64,000 nt of DNA from an uncultured Pseudomonadota bacterium. Its GTDB lineage: Bacteria > Chloroflexota > UBA5177 > JAJPKF01. Below are positions 27,400-37,428 of the stretch, one piece after another. Below the pieces are notes generated by a model. It was given only the letters and a program-made list of their open reading frames with translations, searched no databases and had not been told where the DNA came from. Location: contig CAWIIC010000004.1 of the NCBI GenBank assembly GCA_963836045.1, positions 77,283-141,282 of the forward strand. Direction: 5' to 3'. Each line of letters starts with the position of its first letter. The stretch's first letter is position 1. Both the position numbers and the translations under genes were made by a program.

Positions 27400-28214
27400 T
27401 CGGGGCCTCTCTCGGTGGAGCACTTGTACGGGCCGGTTATGAGGTGGCCGGATTCGACCTTAAACCGATCAATGCCCACGCCGCTTTCGACCGCGGGCTC
27501 GTGTCCAGAGTGTCCTCCTCGCTGGAGGAAGCAGTAGGTGACGTCGATCTGGCCATACTCGCCATGCCCTTGCAAGCCACCGTATCTATGCTTCCGCGAG
27601 TGTCGGCCATGATGCCTCGAGGCTCGCTCATCACTGACGTCGCAAGCGTAAAGGGTCCCGTGATCGACGAGATGAACACTCTTTCGAGGGTGCGCGCAGT
27701 GGGCGGACATCCCATCGCAGGGCGGGAAACGAGTGGGCCCGAACACGCGGATCCAGACATATTTCGCGGAGCCACCTACGCGGTCGTGCCGACGGAACGG
27801 TCCGACGCGGCATCTGTACACGTGATCGACGATCTGGCGAGGGCCATCGGATCGCTTCCGATTCAGGTCTCAGCCGAGCAACACGACACCACCCTCGCCC
27901 GCACGAGCCATTTGCCGCAGCTTCTGTCGACAGCGCTCGCCGCGACACTCGCCGCCGACTGCACATCTACTCTCGCGGGGCAGGGCCTGCGTGACATGAC
28001 GCGGCTGGCTGGGAGTAACGAGTTCTTGTGGGCCGAGATATTCGAGGTGAATTCCGTCAATGTTCTCGCCGCTCTTAGGGAGCTGATGGCCACGCTCGAG
28101 GGATGGGAAGCCCTTCTGAACACAGCTGACGCGCCCGGTCTGGCGCGAGCCCTCACCGCAGGACGTGCCGCGGTCTCGACAACACGCGTAACCCGACCCG
28201 AGGCAACGACATGA
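27369..28214 (+). CDS. tyrA: Prephenate (or arogenate) dehydrogenase
   Basis: MRTGIVGLGLIGASLGGAL Rossmann motif, GGHPIAGRE, SHLPQLLS. The start is taken at the in-frame ATG 27369. The upstream part of ORF 27177 overlaps aroF and looks non-coding. Confidence 0.85.
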   Translation: MRTGIVGLGLIGASLGGALVRAGYEVAGFDLKPINAHAAFDRGLVSRVSSSLEEAVGDVDLAILAMPLQATVSMLPRVSAMMPRGSLITDVASVKGPVIDEMNTLSRVRAVGGHPIAGRETSGPEHADPDIFRGATYAVVPTERSDAASVHVIDDLARAIGSLPIQVSAEQHDTTLARTSHLPQLLSTALAATLAADCTSTLAGQGLRDMTRLAGSNEFLWAEIFEVNSVNVLAALRELMATLEGWEALLNTADAPGLARALTAGRAAVSTTRVTRPEATT

Positions 28215-29497
28215 AGTGGCGAGTGTCCCGCTCCCAGGTGGGAGGGACCGCGACAGTACCGGGGGATAAATCCGTGGCCCACCGGTCCTTGATGGTTGCT
28301 GCCATCGCCAGCGGCACTTCCCATATCGAAAACCTGCCCGCCGGCGAGGATGTGGCGGCCACAAGACGATGTGTGGAGGCCTTGGGCGCACAAATCAGTC
28401 AGACTAACGGCACCCTCGAGATCAACGGTGGAGAGCTTCGCACCCCCGAAGGGACGCTCGATGCCGGTAACTCCGGCACCACGACACGGTTAATGGCGGG
28501 CATTCTGGCCGGACAGTCGTTTGAATCGCGGATGGACGGCGATGAGTCTCTGCGACGCCGGCCCATGTCCAGAGTCATCGAGCCTTTGTCGGCGATGGGT
28601 GCTGAGATCGACGCCAAGAGGGGCCGCCTGCCTCTTCGCATTACCGGGGGACAGCTCCGGGGAATCTCCTATCAGCTGCCGGTCGCCAGCGCTCAGGTGA
28701 AGAGCTGCGTTCTTCTGGCCGGCCTCTTCGCCACAGGTACCACCTCGGTGCTGGAGTCTATTCCGTCACGCGATCATACCGAGAGGATGTTGAGGTCTGC
28801 TGGTATCCAGGTGTCGGCCACATCAGGCCAAGCTCTGAAGATCTCGGTGACAGGTGGACAACGGCCACGCGCAATCGACATTACGATTCCGGGAGACATG
28901 TCGTCTGCGGCATTCCTGTTTACGGCCGCGGGACTACTGGGCACAACGGTTGAGGTTCGAGGAGTCGGAACCAATCCGACCAGGACTGGGTTCCTCAAGG
29001 TTCTGGAGCGGATGGGATGCGCTGTACGGGTGACCAACGAGCGACTGACTGGAGGCGAGCCGGTAGGCGACGTCGAGGTGCGCGGTCCTGTTACATATCC
29101 GGTGACACTCACCGGGCCAGACGTGCCCTCGTTGGTCGACGAGCTTCCCCTCGTCGCTCTTCTGGCCACAGCTACGCCAGGAAGTTCCGAAGTGACCGGA
29201 GCGGCCGAGCTTCGGGTCAAGGAGACGGACCGAATCGCCGCCGTAGTTGAACAGCTAAGCCGGCTAGGATCTGATATCAGGGAGCTCCCCGACGGGTTCG
29301 TGGTGACAGGACCAACCTCGCTTCGCGGTACCACCTGCAGCAGTCTCAAAGACCACAGGCTCGCGATGATGCTGGCCGTCGCCGGACTGTCTGCCCGTGG
29401 CGAGACAGTCGTGGATGATGCCGAGGTCGCCGCCGTTTCCTTTCCGGCCTTCCCCAACGTTTTGAAACAGCTTGGAGGGAGAGTGGAAGTTGAGTAG
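28211..29497 (+). CDS. aroA: 3-phosphoshikimate 1-carboxyvinyltransferase (EPSP synthase)
   Basis: 428 aa. VPGDKSVAHRSLM, AGNSGTTTRLMAG, LRRRPM, KETDRI, DHRLAMM. Confidence 0.93.
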   Translation: MKWRVSRSQVGGTATVPGDKSVAHRSLMVAAIASGTSHIENLPAGEDVAATRRCVEALGAQISQTNGTLEINGGELRTPEGTLDAGNSGTTTRLMAGILAGQSFESRMDGDESLRRRPMSRVIEPLSAMGAEIDAKRGRLPLRITGGQLRGISYQLPVASAQVKSCVLLAGLFATGTTSVLESIPSRDHTERMLRSAGIQVSATSGQALKISVTGGQRPRAIDITIPGDMSSAAFLFTAAGLLGTTVEVRGVGTNPTRTGFLKVLERMGCAVRVTNERLTGGEPVGDVEVRGPVTYPVTLTGPDVPSLVDELPLVALLATATPGSSEVTGAAELRVKETDRIAAVVEQLSRLGSDIRELPDGFVVTGPTSLRGTTCSSLKDHRLAMMLAVAGLSARGETVVDDAEVAAVSFPAFPNVLKQLGGRVEVE

Positions 29498-29512
29498 CGG
29501 CGGAATGCAACG

Positions 29513-30364
29513 ATGAGAGCGCATCGTTACAGATTAGCGGTCATCGGAGATCCTGTGGGACACAGCCTCTCTCCACGGATCCATACGGCTGCGCTGGCCG
29601 CGGCCTCGCTACGGGGCACGTACAGTGGAATTCGAGTCACCGCACGCGACCTGCCTGCGGCCATAGCCTCGATGCGGGTTGGGTACGATGGCTTCAACGT
29701 GACAATACCGCACAAGGAAGCGATGGTTGCGCTCGTCGACCGGCTGGACTCGCTTGCGGCCGAGACCGGAGCAGTCAATACCGTCAAACATGTTGGCCGT
29801 TCGCTCATCGGCTACAACACAGACGTAACGGGATTCGGCAGGTTGTTCGACAGGTTGGTCTTGATCGCCGAGAACCGTGTACGGGACGTCGCCCTGGTTC
29901 TAGGAGCCGGTGGGGCCAGTCGGGCTACCGTCGCCTCGCTCCAGACCCGTGGATGGACAGTCGTGATCGCCAACCGCACGCCAGAACGAGCCTTTCGCGC
30001 GTTTGGGCGGGGTGCGCACGTGATTCCGCTCGACGCTCGGGAGGTTCAGGCTGCACTTGACGTTGCGGGCGTGCTGGTCAACACTACCTCGGTTGGAATG
30101 GGGGAGATCAGCGACTCTCCGCTCCCGCGTGGCGTGCACCTCGATTCGCAGATCACGGTCTGCGACTTGGTATACAGCCCGCTCGACACGGCGCTGCTCC
30201 GTCATGCCCGTAAAGCGCACTGTCCAACGGTAGACGGCCTCGAATTTCTCATCGCTCAGGCAGCCGATTCCTTCTATCTGTGGACGGGCTCACGTCCTGA
30301 CGAAGTGGCCATGCGTCGGGCCGCCGGAAGCGCAAGCACGGCCACGGCCCAAGTCGCCTCATGA
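29513..30364 (+). CDS. aroE: Shikimate dehydrogenase
   Basis: 283 aa. VIGDPVGHSLSPRIH, FNVTIPHKE, NTDVTGF, LGAGGASRA. Confidence 0.9.
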   Translation: MRAHRYRLAVIGDPVGHSLSPRIHTAALAAASLRGTYSGIRVTARDLPAAIASMRVGYDGFNVTIPHKEAMVALVDRLDSLAAETGAVNTVKHVGRSLIGYNTDVTGFGRLFDRLVLIAENRVRDVALVLGAGGASRATVASLQTRGWTVVIANRTPERAFRAFGRGAHVIPLDAREVQAALDVAGVLVNTTSVGMGEISDSPLPRGVHLDSQITVCDLVYSPLDTALLRHARKAHCPTVDGLEFLIAQAADSFYLWTGSRPDEVAMRRAAGSASTATAQVAS

Positions 30365-30419
30365 TCGGAACATATCTGGTTGAGCGTCCGGGCAAGGACT
30401 TCTCCATCGGCAATGGCTC

Positions 30420-31574
30420 ATGAGCGGTTCGGTATTCCGCTTCTTGACAGCGGGTGAGTCCCATGGACCAGCATTGACTGGAATCGTGGATGGAGTACCG
30501 GCCGGTCTCGAGTTGTCGGAAGAAAGCGTCAACCTCGATTTGCGGCGTCGTCAGGGAGGATACGGGCGATCGGGACGCCAGGTAATCGAGAAGGATTCAA
30601 TCCAGTTTTTGGGCGGCGTTGCCCATGGCAAGACAACGGGAGGTCCGATCGCGCTTCGTATCGACAATCGGGACTGGAAGAACTGGGAGAACAAGGTAGT
30701 CCCCGTGATGAAGATTCCGCGGCCAGGACATGCCGATCTGGCGGGAGCCGTCAAGTACGGGCACGATGACTTGCGGCTGGTTCTGGAGCGCGCTAGTGCT
30801 CGAGAGACTGCCATGCGAGTAGCGGTGGGAGCCATCGCCCGGAGGCTGCTCGACGAATTCGGTATCCTCGTCGCCAGTCAAGTGATTGCCATCGGCGAGG
30901 TTGAAGCCGAGCCGGGCGATCTTTCGGACCCGACGGTTCGAGAGCGGGTTGAGAGCTCCGAAGTTCGAGTGAGTGATAAATCGGCGGAACAAGACTTTAT
31001 CCAGTGCATTGACAACGCGCGTCGCTCTCGTGATACTGTTGGCGGAATCTGCTCGATTGAGGCCTTCAACGTCCCCGTGGGTCTCGGAAGTCACGTCCAG
31101 TGGGATCGAAAGCTCGATGGGCGTCTGGCGCAAGCGGTCATGAGCATTCAGGCTATCAAAGCCGTCGAGATCGGAAATGGCTTCGAAGGCGCTAGGACTC
31201 CCGGAAGTAGGCTCCATGATGCCATCTTCCCGGACGAGGAGGACAAGACCCACATAGATCCCGCCCGGCTACGCCGGGTCACCAACAATGCAGGAGGTCT
31301 CGAGGGCGGCATAACCAATGGTCAGCCGGTCGTCGTACGTCTGGCGATGAAGCCGATATCCACCCTTCTAAAGGGCATCGAGTCGGTTGACCTTAGCTCC
31401 GGCGAGGCCACGACCGCGAAATACGAGCGCTCGGATATTTGCGCGGTGCCCGCGGCCGGAGTGGTGGGCGAAGCCATGATTGCAATCGTTCTGGCCGACG
31501 CCTTCCTCGAAAAATTCGGTGGCGACAGTATGGCCGAGATTCAAGGCCGGTATGAGGCCGAGGTCCTCTCGTGA
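30420..31574 (+). CDS. aroC: Chorismate synthase
   Basis: 384 aa. FRFLTAGESHGPAL, RPGHADL, ERASARETA, GGLEGGITNGQP. Confidence 0.93.
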   Translation: MSGSVFRFLTAGESHGPALTGIVDGVPAGLELSEESVNLDLRRRQGGYGRSGRQVIEKDSIQFLGGVAHGKTTGGPIALRIDNRDWKNWENKVVPVMKIPRPGHADLAGAVKYGHDDLRLVLERASARETAMRVAVGAIARRLLDEFGILVASQVIAIGEVEAEPGDLSDPTVRERVESSEVRVSDKSAEQDFIQCIDNARRSRDTVGGICSIEAFNVPVGLGSHVQWDRKLDGRLAQAVMSIQAIKAVEIGNGFEGARTPGSRLHDAIFPDEEDKTHIDPARLRRVTNNAGGLEGGITNGQPVVVRLAMKPISTLLKGIESVDLSSGEATTAKYERSDICAVPAAGVVGEAMIAIVLADAFLEKFGGDSMAEIQGRYEAEVLS

Positions 31575-33226
31575 CTCACCTCATACTCAACGGATTTATG
31601 GGTACGGGCAAAAGCACGGTCGGGCGTTTGCTGGCCGGTCAGATGGGCCTCAGCTTCATCGACACCGACGACCTCGTCGAGGCGGAGTTAGGAACCACGA
31701 TAGCCGAGGCATTCACGTCGATTGGCGAGGCAAAATTCCGCGCGGTCGAGGCGGACGTGGTGAGATCCGTGTTGGCCCTGCCCTCGGCCGTCATCGCACT
31801 TGGCGGGGGATCGCTATTGAACCCCGACACGCGAGACATCGCAGAGAACGCAGGATTCGTGGTCACTCTGGTCTGTCAACCGGATGAGATTGTCGATCGC
31901 GTCGGCACCCTGAGCACGCGACCCCTTCTGTCCGGGGTCCCGGGCACCACGACCGCTGAACGTGTTCGGTCACTCCTTGGGTCCCGGGCTGAGGCATATG
32001 GCAGATATACTCAAGTTTCGACGTCAGCACGCTCCCCACGAAGTGTGGCTGCGGAAATCGTCGGACTCTACCAAGAGAGGATCGGAGCGAATGGAGTCGC
32101 GGATCGTAGCCATCTAGTAGCGAGCCTCCTCACCGAGTCATCGAAACGATCGGCCGTGTTAGCCGGGGCCCTGGAAGATTCGCTGACACATCCCTCAGTC
32201 GATTCGCTCTTGACTCGGGGAGGGCTAGCGGTGCTGATATCGGATGAAGTCGTCCACGAGAAGCACGGACAACGCGCCCGGTCAGCAATCGAGGAGCATG
32301 GCGCGCATGTCATCGACATTGTGGTGCCGGCAGGGGAGCAGCATAAAGTTCTAGCGACGGTTGAGGGCGTATACCATCACTGTCAGCAGGCGAATCTTGA
32401 CCGCGAGTCAGTGGTCATGGCGCTCGGCGGCGGAGTGATTACCGACATGGCGGGGTTCGTCGCTGCCACGTACCTTCGAGGGCTGCCTTTGGTCTTGCTC
32501 CCTTCTACGCTTCTCGCTCAAGTTGATGCGGCGATCGGAGGCAAGACCGGACTCGACTTCGGGAGTGCCAAGAACAGCGTTGGGGCGTTCTACCCAGCGG
32601 ATGCCGTGGTGCTCGACGCGTCGCTGCTACGTACGCTGCCGCCGTCGTTTCTGTCTGACGGCCTCTCCGAGATGGTGAAGATGGGGATCATCTGGGACAA
32701 GGAGCTGCTGGAGCATCTCGAAGGGCTGCCGAACGCAGCGGGCATCCTCGAAAGAACCGACATCATAGAACGCGCGGTCAGGGACAAAGTGGAGATCGTG
32801 CGGCAGGATCCGAACGAGCGCGGCCTGCGAGCGATCCTGAATTTCGGCCACACCGCGGGACACGGGATCGAAGCAGCTTCCGGCTACCACCTTTCCCACG
32901 GCTCGTCGGTTGCGTTGGGCATGCTGGTCGCGACTCACGTTGCAGTCGAACTCGGCGTATGCCGTTCCGGACTGCTCGACCGGCTCGTGACTGTACTCAG
33001 GAAGTTCGATCTGCCCATTGCCCGTCCCGCTTTGGACCTGGAGGAGGTCTTACGCGTAGTGTCTTACGACAAAAAGCGACGCGGAAATGAAATTCGAATG
33101 GTGCTGCCCGAAGTGCCCGGCAGAGCAATCGTCCAGACCGTGGGGGCAGATGTTCTGAGGCGGGCATTGGCGGCTCTACCAGAGACGAACGAGCTGGCTC
33201 ATGTCCCGTACACCGGCGGAGATTGA
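31571..33226 (+). CDS. aroKB: Bifunctional shikimate kinase / 3-dehydroquinate synthase fusion
   Basis: 551 aa. N-terminal [15 protein letters not shown]...DTDDLVE (AroK). C-terminal [53 protein letters not shown] (AroB). GTGA overlap with the aroC stop. Confidence 0.88.
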   Translation: MTHLILNGFMGTGKSTVGRLLAGQMGLSFIDTDDLVEAELGTTIAEAFTSIGEAKFRAVEADVVRSVLALPSAVIALGGGSLLNPDTRDIAENAGFVVTLVCQPDEIVDRVGTLSTRPLLSGVPGTTTAERVRSLLGSRAEAYGRYTQVSTSARSPRSVAAEIVGLYQERIGANGVADRSHLVASLLTESSKRSAVLAGALEDSLTHPSVDSLLTRGGLAVLISDEVVHEKHGQRARSAIEEHGAHVIDIVVPAGEQHKVLATVEGVYHHCQQANLDRESVVMALGGGVITDMAGFVAATYLRGLPLVLLPSTLLAQVDAAIGGKTGLDFGSAKNSVGAFYPADAVVLDASLLRTLPPSFLSDGLSEMVKMGIIWDKELLEHLEGLPNAAGILERTDIIERAVRDKVEIVRQDPNERGLRAILNFGHTAGHGIEAASGYHLSHGSSVALGMLVATHVAVELGVCRSGLLDRLVTVLRKFDLPIARPALDLEEVLRVVSYDKKRRGNEIRMVLPEVPGRAIVQTVGADVLRRALAALPETNELAHVPYTGGD

Positions 33227-33665
33227 CTTGACAATTAACTGTGTCCTCGTTCTGCATGGTCCCAATCTGAATCTGCTCGCCAAACGGGAGCCAGAGATCT
33301 ACGGGACTATCAGCCTGCCTGATATCGTGGATAAGCTACGCGTGCAGGCCGAAGGTCAGGGCGTTGAGCTTCGTTCAATACAGTCCAACCACGAAGGAGG
33401 ACTGATTGACGCGATTCACGAAGCGGAGGACTGGGCACAGGGAGCGGTAATCAATCCCGGAGCATACGGCCACACTAGTTATGCCCTCCGCGACGCCATT
33501 GCCGCTGTTTCATACCCCTTTGTAGAAGCTCATATGTCGAACGTGTATGCCCGCGAAGAGTTCCGGCGAAGGTCAGTTATTGCCGCAGTGTGTCGCGGCC
33601 AGATCACTGGCTTCGGCTGGCGAAGCTACGCGCTCGCGCTCGATGCCTTACTGGCGAACGGCTGA
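33201..33665 (+). CDS. aroQ: Type II 3-dehydroquinate dehydratase
   Basis: [46 protein letters not shown] 33228, just after the aroKB stop, is an alternative start. Confidence 0.9.
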   Translation: MSRTPAEIDLTINCVLVLHGPNLNLLAKREPEIYGTISLPDIVDKLRVQAEGQGVELRSIQSNHEGGLIDAIHEAEDWAQGAVINPGAYGHTSYALRDAIAAVSYPFVEAHMSNVYAREEFRRRSVIAAVCRGQITGFGWRSYALALDALLANG

Positions 33666-33666
33666 C

Positions 33667-34020
33667 GTGCGGGCTATCCGCGGCGCAATAACCGCGAATG
33701 ACAATACGGCCAAAGCAATAGAGGAGGCTACATGTGAAATGCTTCGTACCATCGAGCAGCGCAACGGGATTGGCCCGGAGTCAATAATCAGCGCGTTCTT
33801 TAGCCTCACTCCGGACCTGAATGCCACATTTCCGGCCAGGGCCGCGCGGGGGATCGGCTGGGGGGACGTTCCCATGCTGGACACCGTCGAGCTTGACGTT
33901 CCCGGGTCGCTAAGAAGAACGATTCGCGTGCTGGTACACGTCGACCACGATGGCCCGGTTCATCACGCCTACCTGCGCGAGGCCGAGATCCTAAGACCTG
34001 ACTTAGTGGAGAAAGAGTGA
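33667..34020 (+). CDS. aroH: Chorismate mutase, AroH (monofunctional, B. subtilis) class
   Basis: VRAIRGAITANDNTAKAIEEATCEMLRTIEQRNG...FFSLTPDLNATFPA...VRVLVHV. The start is taken at GTG 33667, right after the aroQ stop. The upstream part of ORF 33547 overlaps aroQ. Confidence 0.8.
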   Translation: MRAIRGAITANDNTAKAIEEATCEMLRTIEQRNGIGPESIISAFFSLTPDLNATFPARAARGIGWGDVPMLDTVELDVPGSLRRTIRVLVHVDHDGPVHHAYLREAEILRPDLVEKE

Positions 34021-35531
34021 CTCGATCGTCGACGATCAACGACGCGGCATACTATCCAGGATGGGAGTCGGTACGCGACCTGCCTGCAATGCCCGGAACA
34101 GTGACGATTCAACGTGACATCATGGCCGATCTCGACACACCTGTGTCGGCCTTCCTCAAGATCCGCGAGGGGTCTCTAAGCTTCTTGTTGGAAAGCGTCG
34201 AGGGCGGCGAGCGCGTGGGCAGATACTCTTTTATCGGAAATGGCAGCTGGCGGTGGGATTTGGCAGGCCCGCCCTCAGACAACCCCGCGGCCACCGCGCC
34301 GGCCGCGGCAGGGATCAGCCCGGCCACGTATCAGGATCTCAGGGATCGGCTCGACGCCATGCGGCCCGCATTTCCTTCCGAGGATGCCCGCTTTGACGGT
34401 GGCGCCATCGGTTACCTCGCGTACGAGGCCATCCATCATGTCGAGCGCATTCCCGCTCCCGGACGTGACGTTCTACACGTGCCCGACGGTATATTCATGG
34501 GCGTCGATACCCTGCTGGTGTTCGACCACCTCCGGCATACCATTCGGGTCATCAGCCATATGCGGCTGGACGAACCTCGCGAAGACGCGTACACGCAGGC
34601 CATTGAACGCATCGACAACCTCGTGTCCAAGTTGCGTGAGGCGGTGTCTGAGGAAGCATATGCAGATTCCCCCAGGACCGGCGTCGGATCAATAGCTCAA
34701 CCTCGCTCGAACGTTTCTCCTAAAGAATTCGCCGATATGGTGATCAAGGCGAAGGAGTACATCAAAGCCGGAGACATTTATCAGGTGGTGCTTTCCCAAC
34801 GCCTGACAATTCCACTTTCAGGCGAGGCCTTCACCCTCTACCGAGCGCTCCGCACCGTCAGCCCTTCGCCATACATGTACTTTCTGGATTTCGGGGATCA
34901 TCAGGTAGTCGGAGCATCGCCCGAGCTGCTGGTTCAGGTAGAAAAAGGAACAGTGACAGGCAGGCCCATCGCCGGCACCCGCCATCGAGGACGGGATCCT
35001 GAGGAGGACAACGCCCTGGCTGCAGAGCTGCTGGCCGACGAGAAAGAGCGGGCCGAGCACATCATGTTGCTGGATCTGGCGCGCAATGATCTCGGCCGCG
35101 TGAGTGTCCCCGGCTCCGTCAAAGTGGGGCAGCTGATGGAGGTAGAGCGCTTCTCGCACGTCATGCATATCATTTCGGACGTCACGGGCCAGCTACGCTC
35201 GGACCGGACCGCCGACGACGCGCTGTGGGCGACGTTCCCCGCGGGCACATTGTCCGGAGCGCCGAAAATTCGGGCCATGGAGATCATCTCGGAGCTCGAG
35301 AGAGACCGTCGCGGCCCTTATGGCGGTGCGGTCGGCTTTCTCACCCCGGGAGGCGACCTCGAATTCGCCATCACAATCCGCACAGCCGTGATCAAAGACG
35401 GGTTGGTACACGTTCAATCCGGCGCCGGAATCGTCGCCGACTCCGTGCCTGAGCGGGAGTACGAGGAATCTATGAACAAAGCCCGAGCCATGCTCCTGGC
35501 GGCCGGCGCCTCTCAGCGCCGACGCACGTAG
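34017..35531 (+). CDS. trpE: Anthranilate synthase component I
   Basis: 504 aa. LLESVEGGE, GDIYQVVLSQR, SPSPYMYF, GSPELL, IAGT..RG, FPAGTLSGAPKIRAMEII, RGPYGGAVG. GTGA overlap with the aroH stop. Confidence 0.92.
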   Translation: MTRSSTINDAAYYPGWESVRDLPAMPGTVTIQRDIMADLDTPVSAFLKIREGSLSFLLESVEGGERVGRYSFIGNGSWRWDLAGPPSDNPAATAPAAAGISPATYQDLRDRLDAMRPAFPSEDARFDGGAIGYLAYEAIHHVERIPAPGRDVLHVPDGIFMGVDTLLVFDHLRHTIRVISHMRLDEPREDAYTQAIERIDNLVSKLREAVSEEAYADSPRTGVGSIAQPRSNVSPKEFADMVIKAKEYIKAGDIYQVVLSQRLTIPLSGEAFTLYRALRTVSPSPYMYFLDFGDHQVVGASPELLVQVEKGTVTGRPIAGTRHRGRDPEEDNALAAELLADEKERAEHIMLLDLARNDLGRVSVPGSVKVGQLMEVERFSHVMHIISDVTGQLRSDRTADDALWATFPAGTLSGAPKIRAMEIISELERDRRGPYGGAVGFLTPGGDLEFAITIRTAVIKDGLVHVQSGAGIVADSVPEREYEESMNKARAMLLAAGASQRRRT

Positions 35532-35552
35532 GGCTCGTATGGAGATGGCCCT

Positions 35553-36182
35553 ATGATTCTCCTAATCGACAACTACGACAGTTTTACGTTTAACCTGTAC
35601 CAGTTGATGACCAGCCTCGAAGCCGAGGTCGAGGTGGTTCGCAATGACCTGGTTGATATCGAGACCATAACCTCGATGGCACCCGAAGCGATCGTGATCT
35701 CTCCCGGCCCCGGAACACCATCGACTGCCGGAATTTCAAAAGAGGTGGTGCGCCACTTCGCTGCTGAGAAACCCATCTTTGGAGTGTGCCTTGGTCACCA
35801 GTGCATAGCCGAAGTCTATGGAGGCCTCATCACATCGGCGCCGGAGCTGATGCACGGCAAGAGCTCACCCGTGTATCACGCCGGACAGGGAGTGTTCGAC
35901 GGACTTCACAGCCCAATGGATGCCATCAGGTACCACTCGCTGACCCTCGAGCCGTCGACAGTCCCGGATTGCATCGAGGTAACCGCGCGAACTGCCAACG
36001 GTACGATCATGGGTCTTCGACATCGCGAACACGACGTCGAGGGTGTCCAGTTTCACCCTGAATCAGTCATGACACCGGAGGGACCACACCTCGTCGCCAA
36101 CTGGCTGGACAGAGTCTACGCGCGCACGCGCTCCTCAGAGACGCGGGCTAATCAGGAGCAGTCAAGTAGCACGACGTCGTGA
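35553..36182 (+). CDS. trpG: Anthranilate synthase component II / aminodeoxychorismate synthase glutamine amidotransferase
   Basis: 209 aa. ILLIDNYDSFTFNL, ISPGPGTP, GVCLGHQ, VQFHPES. Confidence 0.9.
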   Translation: MILLIDNYDSFTFNLYQLMTSLEAEVEVVRNDLVDIETITSMAPEAIVISPGPGTPSTAGISKEVVRHFAAEKPIFGVCLGHQCIAEVYGGLITSAPELMHGKSSPVYHAGQGVFDGLHSPMDAIRYHSLTLEPSTVPDCIEVTARTANGTIMGLRHREHDVEGVQFHPESVMTPEGPHLVANWLDRVYARTRSSETRANQEQSSSTTS

Positions 36183-37237
36183 ACGTGCTCGTCCTCGGCG
36201 GCACTCAGTTCATTGGGCCCTTCGCCGTGCAACACCTCATCGCGGCTGGTCACTCAGTAACCGTGTTTCACCGAGGTCTCTCGGAGCCCGACCTGCCATC
36301 CGACGTGAGACACATTCATGGCGACCGTTCTGACCTGCCACGATTCCGCGGACAGCTCAGGGCCTCGCGGCCAGATGTGGTTGTCGATCTCCGCTGCATG
36401 GTTGAAGCGGATGCCCGAGCCGTCATGGACGTATTCTTGGGCTACGTAGGCCGGGCCGTGGTGATCAGTAGCATGGACGTCTACCGAGCGTACGATGTGC
36501 TGAGAGAGCGGGATCGGAATCTTCAGCCTGTCCCGCTCTCAGAAATGGATGAATTGCGGACGAACCTGTTCCCGTACCGTGGCGAAGAGAAACATCCTGA
36601 CGATCACCCTGAGCGCTGGCAAGACGACTACGACAAGATCCTCGTCGAGCGAGCATTCCTGGAGCAGTCTGCGCTTCCCTCGACGGTGCTGAGGCTCCCC
36701 GCCGTTTATGGACCCGGCGACCGCCAGCACCGGCTGCGTGATGTTGCGCAGCGCCTCGCCGACAACCGTCATGTCATGGTGATCGACGAGGACTCTGCTC
36801 GCTGGCGATTCACGCATGGCTATGTTGAGAATGTGGCCGAGGCCATAACGGTCACGGCAACCACAGAGGTATCGAGCGGAGTCTATAACGTCGGCGAGGA
36901 GGAAACTCCGACACGGGAAGAGTGGCTTCGTCGGGTATTCACGGCTGTTGGCTGGAACTGCGACGTGGTGGTAGTTCCGCCGGAGCTGTTTCCCGATAAT
37001 CTTAGGATCAAGGGTCTGAATCTCCGGCAGGACATGCTGGCAGACACCGTGAAGATCCGGCGAGACCTAGGCATCAGCGAATCCGTGGATTGGGACGCGG
37101 GAATACGCCGGACCATCGAATGGGAGGTTGCCGAGCTGTCTCGAGATCTCGATCCACCGACCGTGGACTACGACGCCGAAGATCGCGCTCTGGTCGGTCT
37201 TCCGAGACGTAACCGACACCACGCAGTACGAATGTAG
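36179..37237 (+). CDS. NAD-dependent epimerase/dehydratase family (extended SDR) protein
   Basis: 352 aa. VLVLGGTQFIGPF Rossmann motif. GTGA overlap with the trpG stop implies co-transcription. The substrate is not inferable. Confidence 0.78.
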   Translation: MNVLVLGGTQFIGPFAVQHLIAAGHSVTVFHRGLSEPDLPSDVRHIHGDRSDLPRFRGQLRASRPDVVVDLRCMVEADARAVMDVFLGYVGRAVVISSMDVYRAYDVLRERDRNLQPVPLSEMDELRTNLFPYRGEEKHPDDHPERWQDDYDKILVERAFLEQSALPSTVLRLPAVYGPGDRQHRLRDVAQRLADNRHVMVIDEDSARWRFTHGYVENVAEAITVTATTEVSSGVYNVGEEETPTREEWLRRVFTAVGWNCDVVVVPPELFPDNLRIKGLNLRQDMLADTVKIRRDLGISESVDWDAGIRRTIEWEVAELSRDLDPPTVDYDAEDRALVGLPRRNRHHAVRM

Positions 37238-37428
37238 GGTCAGAGGTGGACATCGGACGTCGCTCGGCATCATGCGACCGCTGACATCACCGGGCGTCAT
37301 AGATGTCGCCCTGCGTTTCCAAGTGGGCACGCTCCGCCATATGATCTAACGCTCGACTCCATCTCGCCCTTGCCGGCACACATCGACGACCGATCATCGC
37401 AGAGACGCCTGGTCAAGCAGCGAGGCGC

